DNA of 64,000 nucleotides, from assembly GCA_000004695.1 (NCBI GenBank), contig CM000152.2, forward strand, positions 2,528,001-2,592,000. Reading direction: 5' to 3'. This stretch comes from Dictyostelium discoideum. Its lineage: Eukaryota. The notes under the pieces were generated by a model. That model was not told where the DNA came from. It did not search any database and worked only from the letters and a program-made list of their open reading frames with translations. Below, piece by piece: positions 20,824 through 35,366 of the stretch (its first letter is position 1; the number at the start of each line of letters is the position of its first letter). The translations under genes and the position numbers were made by a program.

Positions 20824-23697
20824 TTAATTATTATTTGCAGAATATTTTTCAATTCTTGAAATGATATGTTTTCCAGGAGTGACTTTTTTAAGAGTTGGAA
20901 CAAATGGTTGAATACGATTGATGATCATATCACGTTGAGCAGGTTCAACAATATCTAAAATCTTTTGAATAACATAGTTTGCGTATGGATCCTTTAAGAT
21001 TTTGAGTAAAACATTTGAAGAATTTGGAGAGTTTGCATCACCCAATATCTCATTGATGATGAGGATTCTCTCGGCTGTACATCCATGTTGAACACATTTT
21101 TCAATGACATTACTTGCAAACTTGTGTTGACTAAGATTATAGATTTGACCTTGAAGTTTGCATACGATTGCACTCTTATCACGTGGTGTTCCATTCTCCA
21201 ATACGTGTTGGATGACATAGTTACCATATTGATCTTGAACCAATGAAACGGCACAACGCATTAATTCATCAAGGATTGGAGCCACTTGTTTTTCGGCACA
21301 ATGTTCCAAGATTCTTTGAATTACACGACAGCCATATGGATGAGTTGCCAATTGATAGATGTGGCCATGGAAGGAATCAATGATGAATTGAATCAAATGT
21401 GTTGGAATCTTTTCGATACACTTTTGAATGACATGATTACCATTTTGATCGGTAACACATTGAACGATATGACCATTCAATTCACCGATTAAAAGGATTT
21501 GTTTATCCAATTCAATGGATTCAATTGCCTTTTGAATGACACGACAACCATACATTTGAAGTGTAAGTGAGAGTATATGACCACTAAGTTTATCGGCAAG
21601 GATACGTTTTTGTTCGGTTGTACCATGCTCGAAAAACTTTTGTAAAACATAGTTACCAAATACGTCGGTCATTAAAGAGTGTACAGCAACAACAACTTCA
21701 TCAAATACCAATTGTTTCTCTTCAAGACTTGCATTTTCGATCTTTTGTTGAATGATTCTTGAACCAACTTGATCTTTACTAAATTCTGCGATATGACCTT
21801 TAATATCACTTAATTCTAATTTCATCTTTAAGTTTCTAAAGTCTTCTAATAATTGTGATCTGGTTGTATATTCATTGGTTTGTTGTTGAGTTGGTGATGA
21901 TGGTGTAGATGTAACTGGTGGTGGTGGTGGTGTAGTTGATTGAGTTGCTGTTGCTGTTGTGGTGGTGGTTGTTGTGGTGGTGGTTGTTGCTGCTGATGAC
22001 AATGATGACGATGACAATGATGATGGAGATGAAGTTGTTGGTGGTGGTGATGAAGATGAAACAACACTATTTGTTGAATTGTTCGATAAAACTACATTTG
22101 GAGCTGGTGCGTTTGCTACAATTGTTGAAGAGGGTGATAGGGTTTGGTTAATTTCTACAGGTTTTAATCCATTACCATTAGCACTATCATTAAAATTACC
22201 ATTGTTATTATTAGCCACAACAGTAGAAGCGCTTAATGGTGTTGGTGTGGATAAAGAGTTTGGTGTGTTTGGTGATGATTGTGAATTTGGTGATGAATGT
22301 GTTGAAGTGTTCAAATTAATCGATACTGGTTTATTCATACCACCGTTATTACCAGTGGCATTATTTGTTATATTACTATTTATATTACTATTACTATTAT
22401 TATTATTTAATGTGACAATTGTTGATGGTGAATGTGACAAAGATGATGAGGTTGGTGATGATGATAATGTAACTACAGGGTGTTGATTGTGATGTTGTTG
22501 TTGATGATGATGTTGATGATGGTGGTGGTGTTGTTGTTGTTGATGGTGGTGGTGTTGTTGAATCATCGATGGAGACAAAGAATTTGGTGATAAACCTATA
22601 TTTTGTTGTGGTGAACTTGAATAATATTGATTATTATTATTGTTGTTGTTGTTGTTGTTGCTATTGTATTGAGTATGATTATTTATAATATTAACAGGTT
22701 GAGGTGGGGATTGAGATACAGTATTATTGGTAAGAGGTTTTCTTTTTGGTTGGAATTCTCTAATTTGTTGTGGGTGTTGATGATGTAAACTAGTTGTTTG
22801 TTGTTGTTGTTGAGGTACCATATGAGTTTGTTGAGAAACTCCAACTTGATGACCATTATGAATACTAGTAATATAGGGTTTTTGAGCATGTTGTTGTTGC
22901 TGGTGATGTTGTGGTGGTTGTTGATGGTGGTGGTGTTGTTGTTGCTGCTGTTGTTGTAATTGTTGTTGCTCATTTATATAAAAATCATTTGTGTTGATTT
23001 GACCCCTATATCCATTGCCACCATTTTGGAATTGTTGTTGTTGTAATGATGAATATATACCATATTGTGGTGGTTGTTGATGATGAATTGATGACCTTTG
23101 TTGGTGTTGTGATTGTTGTTGTTGTTGTTGTTGGTGTGATTGTTGGTGATGATGATGATGATGATGTTGTTGTTGTTGTTGTTNNNNNNNNNNNNNNNNN
23201 NNNNNNNNNNNNNNNNNNNNNNNNNNNNNNNNNNNNNNNNNNNNNNNNNNNNNNNNNNNNNNNNNNNNNNNNNNNNNNNNNNNTGTTGTGGTGGTTGTTG
23301 TTGTTGTTGTTGTTGATGAACTGGGTGTGAATGTTGTTGTTGTTGCTGCTGTTGTGGTGGTAAATATTGGTGTTGATGTGAGTCTTGATCAACAAAACTA
23401 TGTTGTTGTTGCTGTTGTTGTTGCTATAGTAAAAATAAAATATAAAATAAAAACAATAAAATATAAAATAAAAAATATATATTAGTTTACTATTTTCTTT
23501 TAAAGAAAAAAAATAAATAAAAATAAAAAAGAAAAATTTTAAAAGGTACATTATTATTTTTATAATATGCTTGATATGGTGTGATTAAAGGTGGTGGTAA
23601 ACGTGGGTCTAATGGTCTTTGTGAATAATAATAATTATAATAATTTATATCTAATCTTGGGTCTTGAGGGGATATTGATTCTAATCCTTGAAACTCC

Positions 23698-23742
<45 letters not shown>

Positions 23743-23966
23743 TTAAAATATTAAAAAAAAGAAAAAAATCTATTAGTATATCAATAGAAAAAAAAAAAAA
23801 GTAATATAATAAAAAAAAGGGTTTAAAAACATACCTCTTCAGGTACAACTGGTGGTGCAGAACTACTTCTTGAAATAGTAAGTTGATCTACCCTTGATCG
23901 TATAGTTAATTTTGATAAATCAATACCATTTACATCGTCAACGATGAAATGTCCTGATGGATCCAT
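20824..23966 (-). CDS. Pumilio-family (PUF) RNA-binding protein, about 950+ aa, proposed join(23966..23835,23696..23550,23423..20824) spanning an assembly gap
   Basis: The C-terminal half of ORF 20824..22821 holds tandem PUF repeats ([82 protein letters not shown]). Upstream of the reported M at 22821 the frame stays open, and His/Gln-rich, all the way to the N run (I translated every codon). Beyond the gap a (CAA)n exon begins at acceptor CTATAG|CAA (23423). It is preceded by two small exons with GTATGT/GTACCT donors, and ATGGATCCATCAGGACATTTC is at 23966. Confidence 0.7.
23184..23283. other. Assembly gap, 100 N
   Basis: A run of N inside the (CAA)n poly-Q coding repeat of the PUF gene. The true repeat length, and so the frame across the gap, is unknown. 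Confidence 0.95.
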
Positions 23967-24374
23967 CTTTAACTTGAACTTTTTCTTTTTTTTTCTTTTT
24001 TTTTTTCTTTTTTTTCCACTAAATAAATTCAGACTGTTCTCTTACTTTTAGAAATCAACTATTTTTTTTTTTTTTAATGCTTCTTTTTTTTTTTTGGTGA
24101 CTCGGCTCGTTGTCTGTAGGCTGACAATTTTTTTTATGTGATTTTTTTTTTTTTTTTTTTTTTTTTCAAAAAAATTTTTTTCTTTTTTTTTTTTTTATTT
24201 TTTTTTTATTTTTTTTTATTTTTTTCTTTTTTTTATCAGATTTTCGTTTATATTTAAATACTATAGTCTGATAGGTTATTACTAATTATTCCTAATTAAT
24301 ATAAACTAGTTAAAAAAAAAAAAAAAAAGTGAAAAGTTAGAATTTATTTACATACTGATTTTTCTATTTGAAAA

Positions 24375-24421
<47 letters not shown>

Positions 24422-25749
24422 ATTATTAATTAATTAATTAAATAATTAATTAATTAATTAAAAAAAATAAAATAAAAAATAAATAAAAAAAACTAAAATC
24501 TTTTTTTTTTTTTTTTCTTTTTTTTTTTTTTTCTTCTTTTTTTTTTTTTTTTTTTATTAATTTAATATCAAAATCGCTTACTTAATTAATACATTTAAAT
24601 AAATAAAATAATAAATAAAAAAATAGTAATAATTAAAAAATTAAATAAAGAAAGAATAAATAAAAAAAAAAAAATATAAATAAAATAAATTTTTTTCATT
24701 TTTTTTTTTTTTTTTTTTTTTTTAAAAATTTAAAAAATAAAAAATAATAATAATTAAACTTGTGTCGTAAGCGTGGTGAAATATTTAAATTGGAGGTGTG
24801 CATATATGGTAATTTTTTTTTTTTGTTTTTTTTTTATTTTTTTAATCGATTTGATTGTTGATAATATTCATCTTCTCTGCTGTAAAAAATAAAATATTTA
24901 AGAGATCTGAATTTAAATTATTCATTTTAAAAAAACAATTTCATAAGTGTACCTAGGTATTTAGATTTAAAAAAATGTTGGAAAATAAAAAAAAAAATAA
25001 AAAAAAAAGATAACACACACAAAAAAAATAAAAAATTAAAAAAAGAAAAAAAAAATTAAAAAAAAAGAAAAAAAAAAATATGAAAAAGTGTTTTATAATT
25101 AAACAATCACACATTATTTTTTTTTTATGGTTTTCAATACATTACAATTTAAAAAAATATTATAGCACTTTTTGTAAAATATTTTAAAAAATGATATAGA
25201 TTATTTGATATTGTGTCACACACTATTATTTTTACTACTTTTGGTATAGTAAATGATAATAATTGGTATATATATAATATTTTTTTTTTTTTAAAAAAAA
25301 AAAGGCAAAAAATACATACACAAAGGGAAAAAACACAAATAAAAAAAAAACAATGTTGAAAAAAAAAAAAAAAAAATAAAAAAAAAATAAAAAATAAAAA
25401 AAATTTTAGAAAAAAAAAAAAAAAAAAAAATCGTTTTTCTAAATTTTTCATATGACCCCTGAACTACAGAAACGAATAAATTTTTTTTTTTTTTCATGGC
25501 TTTTTTTCTTTATTTTTTTTTTTTTTTTCTAAAATTATATATATATTTTTTTTTTTCCTTTTTTGGTACTGTTTTTTTGATTTTTTCCTTTTTTATAATT
25601 GTTTTTTTTTTTTTTTTTTTTTGATTTTTTTTAAACATAAATAAAATGAGTGTTTTTCAATAATATTATTTTTTTTTATTTTTTATTTTTTTTTTTTTTT
25701 AATTCTTTATATATTTTGTTTTTATTTTTTATTTTTTTTATTTATTTAT

Positions 25750-26145
25750 TTAAGCAATTCTTTTATCAGAATAAAAATCTTCAGTTGGAAGATAAACTCT
25801 TTCTTCTATTTTGATATCGACAGTTGCAGAAATTGGTGGTAATTTAGTTTGAACGAATTTAACAAACATATCGGCTGTTTGAACTGGAGCATCGATTTGA
25901 ACCAATCTTTTATTTACTTTCATTTCATATTGATCACGTGAATGTTTATCTGTGTGTGGTGATTTATTTACAGTCCATTGTCTACTGGTACTTGGCAATG
26001 GTAATGGTCCAACAGTTTTAATACCTGATAATTTTGCTGCCCATGCTATACGTTTTGCGATATATGGTAAAACTTTATCAATTCCTTGTAAATTGAATGA
26101 TACAATTTTACGTCCATTACCAACAATTGTTTGTGAAACTGACAT
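25750..26145 (-). CDS. Mitochondrial ribosomal protein S10 (uS10m), 131 aa
   Basis: GPLPLPSTSRQWTVNKSPHTDKHSRDQYEMKVNKRLVQIDAP matches the uS10 core (GPIPLPTK..TVLRSPHV.K.SR.QFE.R.H.RLIDI). Small basic single-exon ORF. Confidence 0.7.
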   Translation of the reverse strand: MSVSQTIVGNGRKIVSFNLQGIDKVLPYIAKRIAWAAKLSGIKTVGPLPLPSTSRQWTVNKSPHTDKHSRDQYEMKVNKRLVQIDAPVQTADMFVKFVQTKLPPISATVDIKIEERVYLPTEDFYSDKRIA

Positions 26146-26627
26146 TATTATTTATTATTTATTTTGGTGATTGTTTTTTTTTTTTTTTTATATTGAAAAT
26201 TAATTTCTTCCTTTATATTTCTTTAATTTATTTGTTCTAAATATTATTATATTACACTTTATTTTACTCTTTTTTTTTCTTTATTTTTAAATCTTTTGAG
26301 TGTGGGTGTGTTTTTAAAAATCGAATAAAAAAACAAATATACGAGTGTAAAAAATAAAAAATGAAAAATAAAAAATAAAAAAAAAAAAAAAAAAATAAAA
26401 AAAAAAAAAAAAAAAAATAAATAAAAATTAATTTTTGAAAAATTTCATTTTGCTTTTTTTTTTTATTTTTTTGTTTTAGTTTTGTCTTTGTATTTGGTGT
26501 GTGTATTTGTGTGTGTGAATATTAATTTCAAAAAAAAAAAGAAAAAGAAACGAAGAAATAAAAAAAAAATAATAATAATATATTTATAAATTTGTAAAAG
26601 TAATAATAATAATAATAAAAAAAAAAG

Positions 26628-28009
<1,382 letters not shown>

Positions 28010-28242
28010 ATTATGATTAATTAGTAGTTTATTATAGTTTAATAATAAATAATAGTAGTAATAATGACAACAACAACAACAATAATAAAGGGGTATAACA
28101 AAAAAGTAATATAAATCAGCAGAAGCAGAATTGATATTTACAATAAAATCAAAATTAATTTTTTTATTTTTCCAAAACTTTTTTTCTATTAATAGAAATT
28201 TTTTTTTTTTTATTTTTATTTTCACTTTCACATTTTCACAAG

Positions 28243-28276
<34 letters not shown>

Positions 28277-28335
28277 CATTTTTTTTATTTTTTTTTTATT
28301 TTTCACCATTTGTTTTTCATATACGCCCTTGTGCA

Positions 28336-28567
28336 ATGAAGAAAATTCATCATTTAGATACAACACCACCACTTTCATTTTTAATAGTGAAAAACAACTT
28401 TAATAATAATAATGATATAAAAGATTCAATAAATGAAGAAAACAGGACAACAGTAAAGTCAATAACAAAATTTAAAAAAGTTCAAATCACCATTCTAAAT
28501 GATGACAAAAATGAAGATAGTAATGATAATATAAAAAAAGAAGATGGTATAGGCATTGAAGGAAAGC

Positions 28568-28629
<62 letters not shown>

Positions 28630-30174
28630 GAAAAAGAAAAAGAATCAATTCAACCTAAAGATGATGGTGATAATAATGATGAAAAATTATGTAAAATGTA
28701 AGTGTATAAAATATTAGTGGTGATATACTAAAAAAAAAAAAAAAAAAAAAAAAGATTAAATATTAATATTTCTCAAAATTAATTTAAATTTTAAAAAAAA
28801 AGATGTTATAAACAATTTTCATTATATACATGTCCAAGATGTCATATTGGATATTGTTCATCAATTTGTTTTAAATCACATAATAGTAGATGTAGTAATG
28901 AATTCTTTGAACAACAAGTTAAAGAGAATTTACAATTAATGGATAAAGTATCACCAAAAGATTCATTAGAATTTTTAAAAAGGATGAAGAAAATTTATGA
29001 TATAGAGGATGAAAAATTCGATTCATTATTATCAAAATTTAATTTACCATTATCAAGTAAATCAACAATTAATGATTTTGATAATTTAAATTATAATCAT
29101 TATGAAAAAGATAATCAAGATGATGAAGATGATGAAGAAGATTATGATGAAGATGATGAAGATATAGATATTAATGATTTAAATATCGATGAAATGACAC
29201 AAGATCAATTATTATCATTATTAACACCACAAGAGATTGAAGAATTTAATAATTCAATTAAAGATGGTACAATATCAAATATAATTGAAGAATGGGTACC
29301 TTGGTGGAATATTAATATTATTGAAAATAATACAGATAAATTAAATATAAATAATAATAATAATAAAAATAGTAAAATAATAGAAATTAATGAAGTTGAA
29401 GAAATTAAAAAAGAAGAGGTAGGGGAGGACAGAGAAATAAAATTATTATTAAAAAGAATACCAAATATTTATTCACCAATTCAAGCATTTTCAAATTTTT
29501 CAAAACAACCACCATCAAAATCATTATTTTATCATCTCATTGATATTGTATATAGTTATTGTTATTTAATGAGAACTTTTAATGGTGATTGGAATAGTAA
29601 TAGTTTTAATATTAATAATCAAGAAGATAATAATTGTATTTTAGATGGTTGCACATTGTTATTAGATTTATCAAGTGTTTTAAAACCACCTCTTCCACAA
29701 TCAACATCACCACTACCACCACCAATATCATTTAATAGTGTAGAATCAGTTTTAAATAATTTATTAAAGTCAAGTCATAGTGGTGATGGAATTGAAATGA
29801 AAAATAATCAAGGTAATATTTATTTCTCTTTATTTTTATTACAAGATGTAATTACAATTTTAGAAAAAAAAGAATACATTTTATCTTTATTTTCACATTG
29901 TTTCCAATCATTTGATTTGGCTATAAATATTTTAAAATTAAATTTAAATAATTCAATTTCATCAACATCAACAACAAATAAAACATCTACTATCAATATT
30001 AATGAATTAAAAAAAGAATTTCAAACTATTTCAAAGTGTTATGATTTAGTTAAAAAGAAATTACTTTTTTTCTTATCTTGGATTAATGAAGAACAATTAT
30101 CTTCATTTCTATTTTTATCATCATCTATAAATAATTATTTTGAAAATGAAAAATTAATATTATTAAAAAAATAA
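28336..30174 (+). CDS. zf-HIT domain protein, about 577 aa, 2 exons: join(28336..28697,28803..30174)
   Basis: Exon 1 ends ...EKLCK-AT|GTAAGT (phase 2). Acceptor AAAAAG|A TGT restores ...LCKICYKQFSLYTCPRCHIGYCSSICFKSHNSRC, a complete HIT-type zinc finger (C-x2-C-x7-C-x2-C-x4-C-x3-C-x3-H-x3-C) that spans the intron. The rest is acidic/Asn-rich with no other domain I can name. Confidence 0.65.
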
Positions 30175-30185
30175 GATAAACATTA

Positions 30186-30217
<32 letters not shown>

Positions 30218-30258
30218 GGTTTTAAAAATTGGTTTTATAAGTCTTTATTTGAAAAAAT

Positions 30259-30303
<45 letters not shown>

Positions 30304-30368
30304 GCAAAAGGGGTTGGGTTTTTATTTTTTTATTTTTTATTTTTAATTTTATTTTTTATTTCACTTCT

Positions 30369-30399
<31 letters not shown>

Positions 30400-30406
30400 C
30401 ACAGAA

Positions 30407-31776
<1,370 letters not shown>

Positions 31777-32880
31777 TAGTGTAATAATAATAAAATAAAT
31801 AAAACAATAAAAATAATAAAAATAATAAAAATAATAAAAATAAAATAATAAAATTAACGACAATAATATAAAAGAAAAAAGTAATAATAATAATAATTTA
31901 AATATATAGTAGTTATTATAATAATTATAAAATAAATTAATAAATTGGGTTTGGTAATTAGTGACAATATTAAATTTGGAATATGGTTGTTAATTACAAT
32001 AAAGTTATAATTATCAGTATTGTATGTATCAAAAAAAAAAAAAAAAAAAAAGGGTTGAATTTATTTATTTATTTGTTTTTTTTTTCTATTCAATTTTTTG
32101 TAAAAAACTTTTTTTAAAAGGGGTAGTGGGGGTTTATATAAATAATTTTTGTAATATATCTACTTTTATAAATATAGTACTAAACTATACATATTTGTGC
32201 ATGTACTATGTGAATTTAATTGAAGTTATTTATAAACAATTTTTTAAAATAAAAAATAATCATCATGGAATAAAACAATTTAAAATAGATTAAGTATTCC
32301 GACTTTTTTTTTTGATTGTGAATAAAAAGTAACATTAAATAAAAAACTTTGTAGAATGTATTTTATAATTAAAATAAAATGATACACATCAAAGAAATTA
32401 TTTTAAAAAAAAAACACAATAATTTAATTTAGCACCCACATATATATACATAAATATAAAACATATTAATAATTTTTGTAATTTTTTGGATTATTCTTTT
32501 TTTTTTTTAAAAAATAATGTAAAATGGAAATTGATCATCATAATTTTTTTTTTATTTAAAGAAACACCACCTCACTTTTGTATATATTTTTTTTTTATTA
32601 ATTTCTTTTTTCAACTAATTGTATATAAACAAAATTGTGATAATTATTAATTTTTTATTTTATTTTATTTTTATTTTTAAAAAATAAAATAAAATTAAAA
32701 AAAACAAAAACATAATTAAATAAAATAAAAAAAAAAAAATTATATATTTTATTTTTCATTTAAGTTTTAATAGAATAAAATAAAGATATAATAAGAAAAA
32801 AAAAAAAAAAAAAAAATAATTAAATAAAATTATAGATATAATTAAAAAAAAAAAAAAATAAAAAAATAAAAAATAAAAAA

Positions 32881-35234
32881 ATGAAAATCAAAAGTTTAAT
32901 AATTTTAATAATAACAATATTATTTTTAAAAAAAATAAATTCAGCATTTGTTTATCCGAGACCTTCCGAATTAACACCAATTAAATTAAAACCAATTATT
33001 TCAATTGGTAATTTTTGTCCTTACAAAAATGTAAGTCTTTTTTTTTTTTTTTTGTTTTTTAGAAAAAAAGTTTAAAAAATAATTTAGAATTTAATATTAA
33101 CATCTAAATTAAAATAAATAAAAAAGTATGGTGTTCAATTAACAATAAATAAAATCAATTATAATTTGGTTATTGATACAGTAAATTCTGTAACAACATT
33201 ATCATCAAAAGAATGTAGATATGGATGTTTACGTTTACCTAGATTATATATTCCAAGTTCAAAAACGAAAGTTGATAAAGAAATTTCAAAAGGATATTAT
33301 AAAGATTCAACAGTATGGCAAGGTTATGTTGTTGGTGAAAAAATTATTATTAATCATAACTTAACAACAAAATCTGAAATTAAAATGATTGCATTAACAT
33401 CACAATCGAAACCACCTGCAAATCCAAGTAAGTTTTTTTTTTTTTTTTTTTTTTTTTTATTTAACATGTGATAATCTAATTTAATTAATTATTTTTTTTT
33501 AAAAAAAAAGTTTGTGAATCATCAAGTATGTTAGCACATGGTATAATTGGTGTTGGTCAATCAAAAGAAATTAATTCATTTGTTAGACAATTTTCAGGTA
33601 TGAATAATATACCACCAATATTTTCATTAACAATGTGTCCAGAGAATCCAAGAATTTGGTTTGGTGGATATGATCCAAGTGTTTTAGAAGAACCAAAAAA
33701 GTTTGCATTTACAAGATCAGAGGGTGACTCATATGGATTTACAATTAATAATGTTTATATTGGACCAAATACATTATATCAAGTTACAGATTTTGTATGG
33801 AAATCTGAATTGGATACAAGTACACCATTCATTCATTTACCATCATCAGTTTTTCATCAAGCAATTCAAGTTTTATCAAGAGAGAGACATTTTAATAAAT
33901 ATTTTAATACTCGTTTCTTTACTGAAAAGAAATGTGTACTAAATCCACTTGCAAACTTTACAATTGATCAAATTAATGGGTTATTACCAAAATTTAGAAT
34001 TGTTTTTAAATCAAATTTGCCAAACTCTGAAATCTCTTTAGATGCAGTACCATCCTATTTGGTAATTGAAGGTGATAAAGCATGCCCTGGTATAGTTGAG
34101 TCATTGGATTATAATTCAAGATTTGGTGTTTCATTATTTCAACAATATATGGTTTTATTTGATCAAGTCAATGGTTTAGTTGCGATGGGTAGAGCAAGTT
34201 GTAAACCAAATCGTTGGGTACCTGGTAGTAATTGGGGTGAATGTAAAAGAGATTTAAATTCAACTGATATTAGAGAAGGTGGTATAAATTGTGAAATGCA
34301 AACTCGTCCATTAAAATGTATAAATGGTAGAAATAAACGTGTTGCTGATTCTCTTTGTCATGGTATTTTTAAACCACTCTACAAAAGACCATGTTATAAA
34401 GAAGAAGAATCATCTGAACATCATAATGACAATTCTTCATCAAGTCATCATCCATCAATATTTGTTGATAATGACGATGATGATCAAAATGAAAATTCAC
34501 CTCCACCAGCAACTAAAAATGGTAAGAAAATAACACCAAAACCAGTTAGAACTAAAAAACCAACAACAGATTGTAAAGTTGATATTGGTACTTGGAAAGT
34601 AATGGGAAATTGGTCTGATTGTGATCAAATTTGTGGTTCAGGTTTACAAACTAGAGAGGTACTTTGTATTTCGATCAATGGTGAGTTATTAGATCAAGAA
34701 AGATGTAATTCTCATACTAAACCACCAAGTGAACGTGTTTGTGCAGTTGCAAAATGTCAAGCTGAGTATCATTGGGATACTTCAGATTGGTCAGGTTGTT
34801 CGACTCAATGTGGTGAAGGTACACAAAGTCGTTTTTCAACATGTATAGATTCATCAGTTTGGAGAAATGTTGATTCATTAAATTGTAAAGGTCCAATGCC
34901 AATTCTTGAAAGAGAATGTCTTGGTCAACCATTATGTAGTAAATTCAAATGGGATTGGGAACCTTGTCAACCAAGCTGTCCAGAAATGGCTTATGTCTAT
35001 TGTTATAACTCTTCATCAGCTACAAAAGTTGATAATTCATTTTGTAAACAAATTCCAAATCTATTCATTCCAATAGATTGTAAATGTTATAAAACAAAAA
35101 AACATTTACAAACAACTTCAACTTCTGAATTCTCTGACAGTACTTCAAATTCTTCAAAATTAATATTACCTTTAATTTCATTAAATATTATTTATTCAAT
35201 TTTAATTTTATTTATAACAATAAAATTAATTTAA
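32881..35234 (+). CDS. Secreted pepsin-fold (peptidase A1-like) protein with degenerate catalytic motifs (DTV / DTS) fused to 3-4 thrombospondin type-1 repeats and a C-terminal hydrophobic anchor; about 724 aa, 3 exons: join(32881..33030,33127..33427,33511..35234)
   Basis: Exon 1 is a signal peptide (MKIKSLIILIITILFLKKINSA) ending at AAT|GTAAGT. Exon 2 begins KYGVQLTINKINYNLVIDTVNSVTTLSS (A1 N-lobe Y.G.I.IGTP.Q.F.VIFDTGSS with G replaced by V), with phase-1 donor A|GTAAGT. Exon 3 has the C-lobe YIGPNTLYQVTDFVWKSELDTSTPFIHLPSSVF (~IVDTGTSLL) and FGVSLFQQYMVLFDQVNGLVAMGRASC (~[22 protein letters not shown]). TSP1 repeats follow: WGECKRDL...C, WSDCDQICGSGLQTREVLC, WSGCSTQCGEGTQSRFSTC, plus a partial fourth. 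It ends in a Ser-rich linker and LILPLISLNIIYSILILFITIKLI. Confidence 0.75.
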
Positions 35235-35366
35235 AAAAAAAAAAAAAAGTAATAAAAAAAAAGGTAATAATATAAGATAATTAAATTATTTAAATAAAAT
35301 TTTATTATTTCAAAAAAGAAAGAAAAAAAAAAAAAATTTGATTTTTCTACTAATATAACAAATTTA

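Noticed and set aside
21959-22486. 175-aa plus-strand ORF (also 21936..22151, 21286..21492)
   Set aside because: Antisense to the PUF-domain coding region. Its composition (poly-V/D) is the reverse complement of the His/Gln/Ser tracts.
23006-23551. ORF containing a run of X residues
   Set aside because: It is translated across the 100-N assembly gap in a frame different from the PUF gene. Artefact.
24090-24135. GC-rich island GGTGACTCGGCTCGTTGTCTGTAGGCTGACAA in an AT-rich spacer, considered as a small RNA gene
   Set aside because: No convincing secondary structure or known ncRNA motif could be derived by eye. Left as unexplained.
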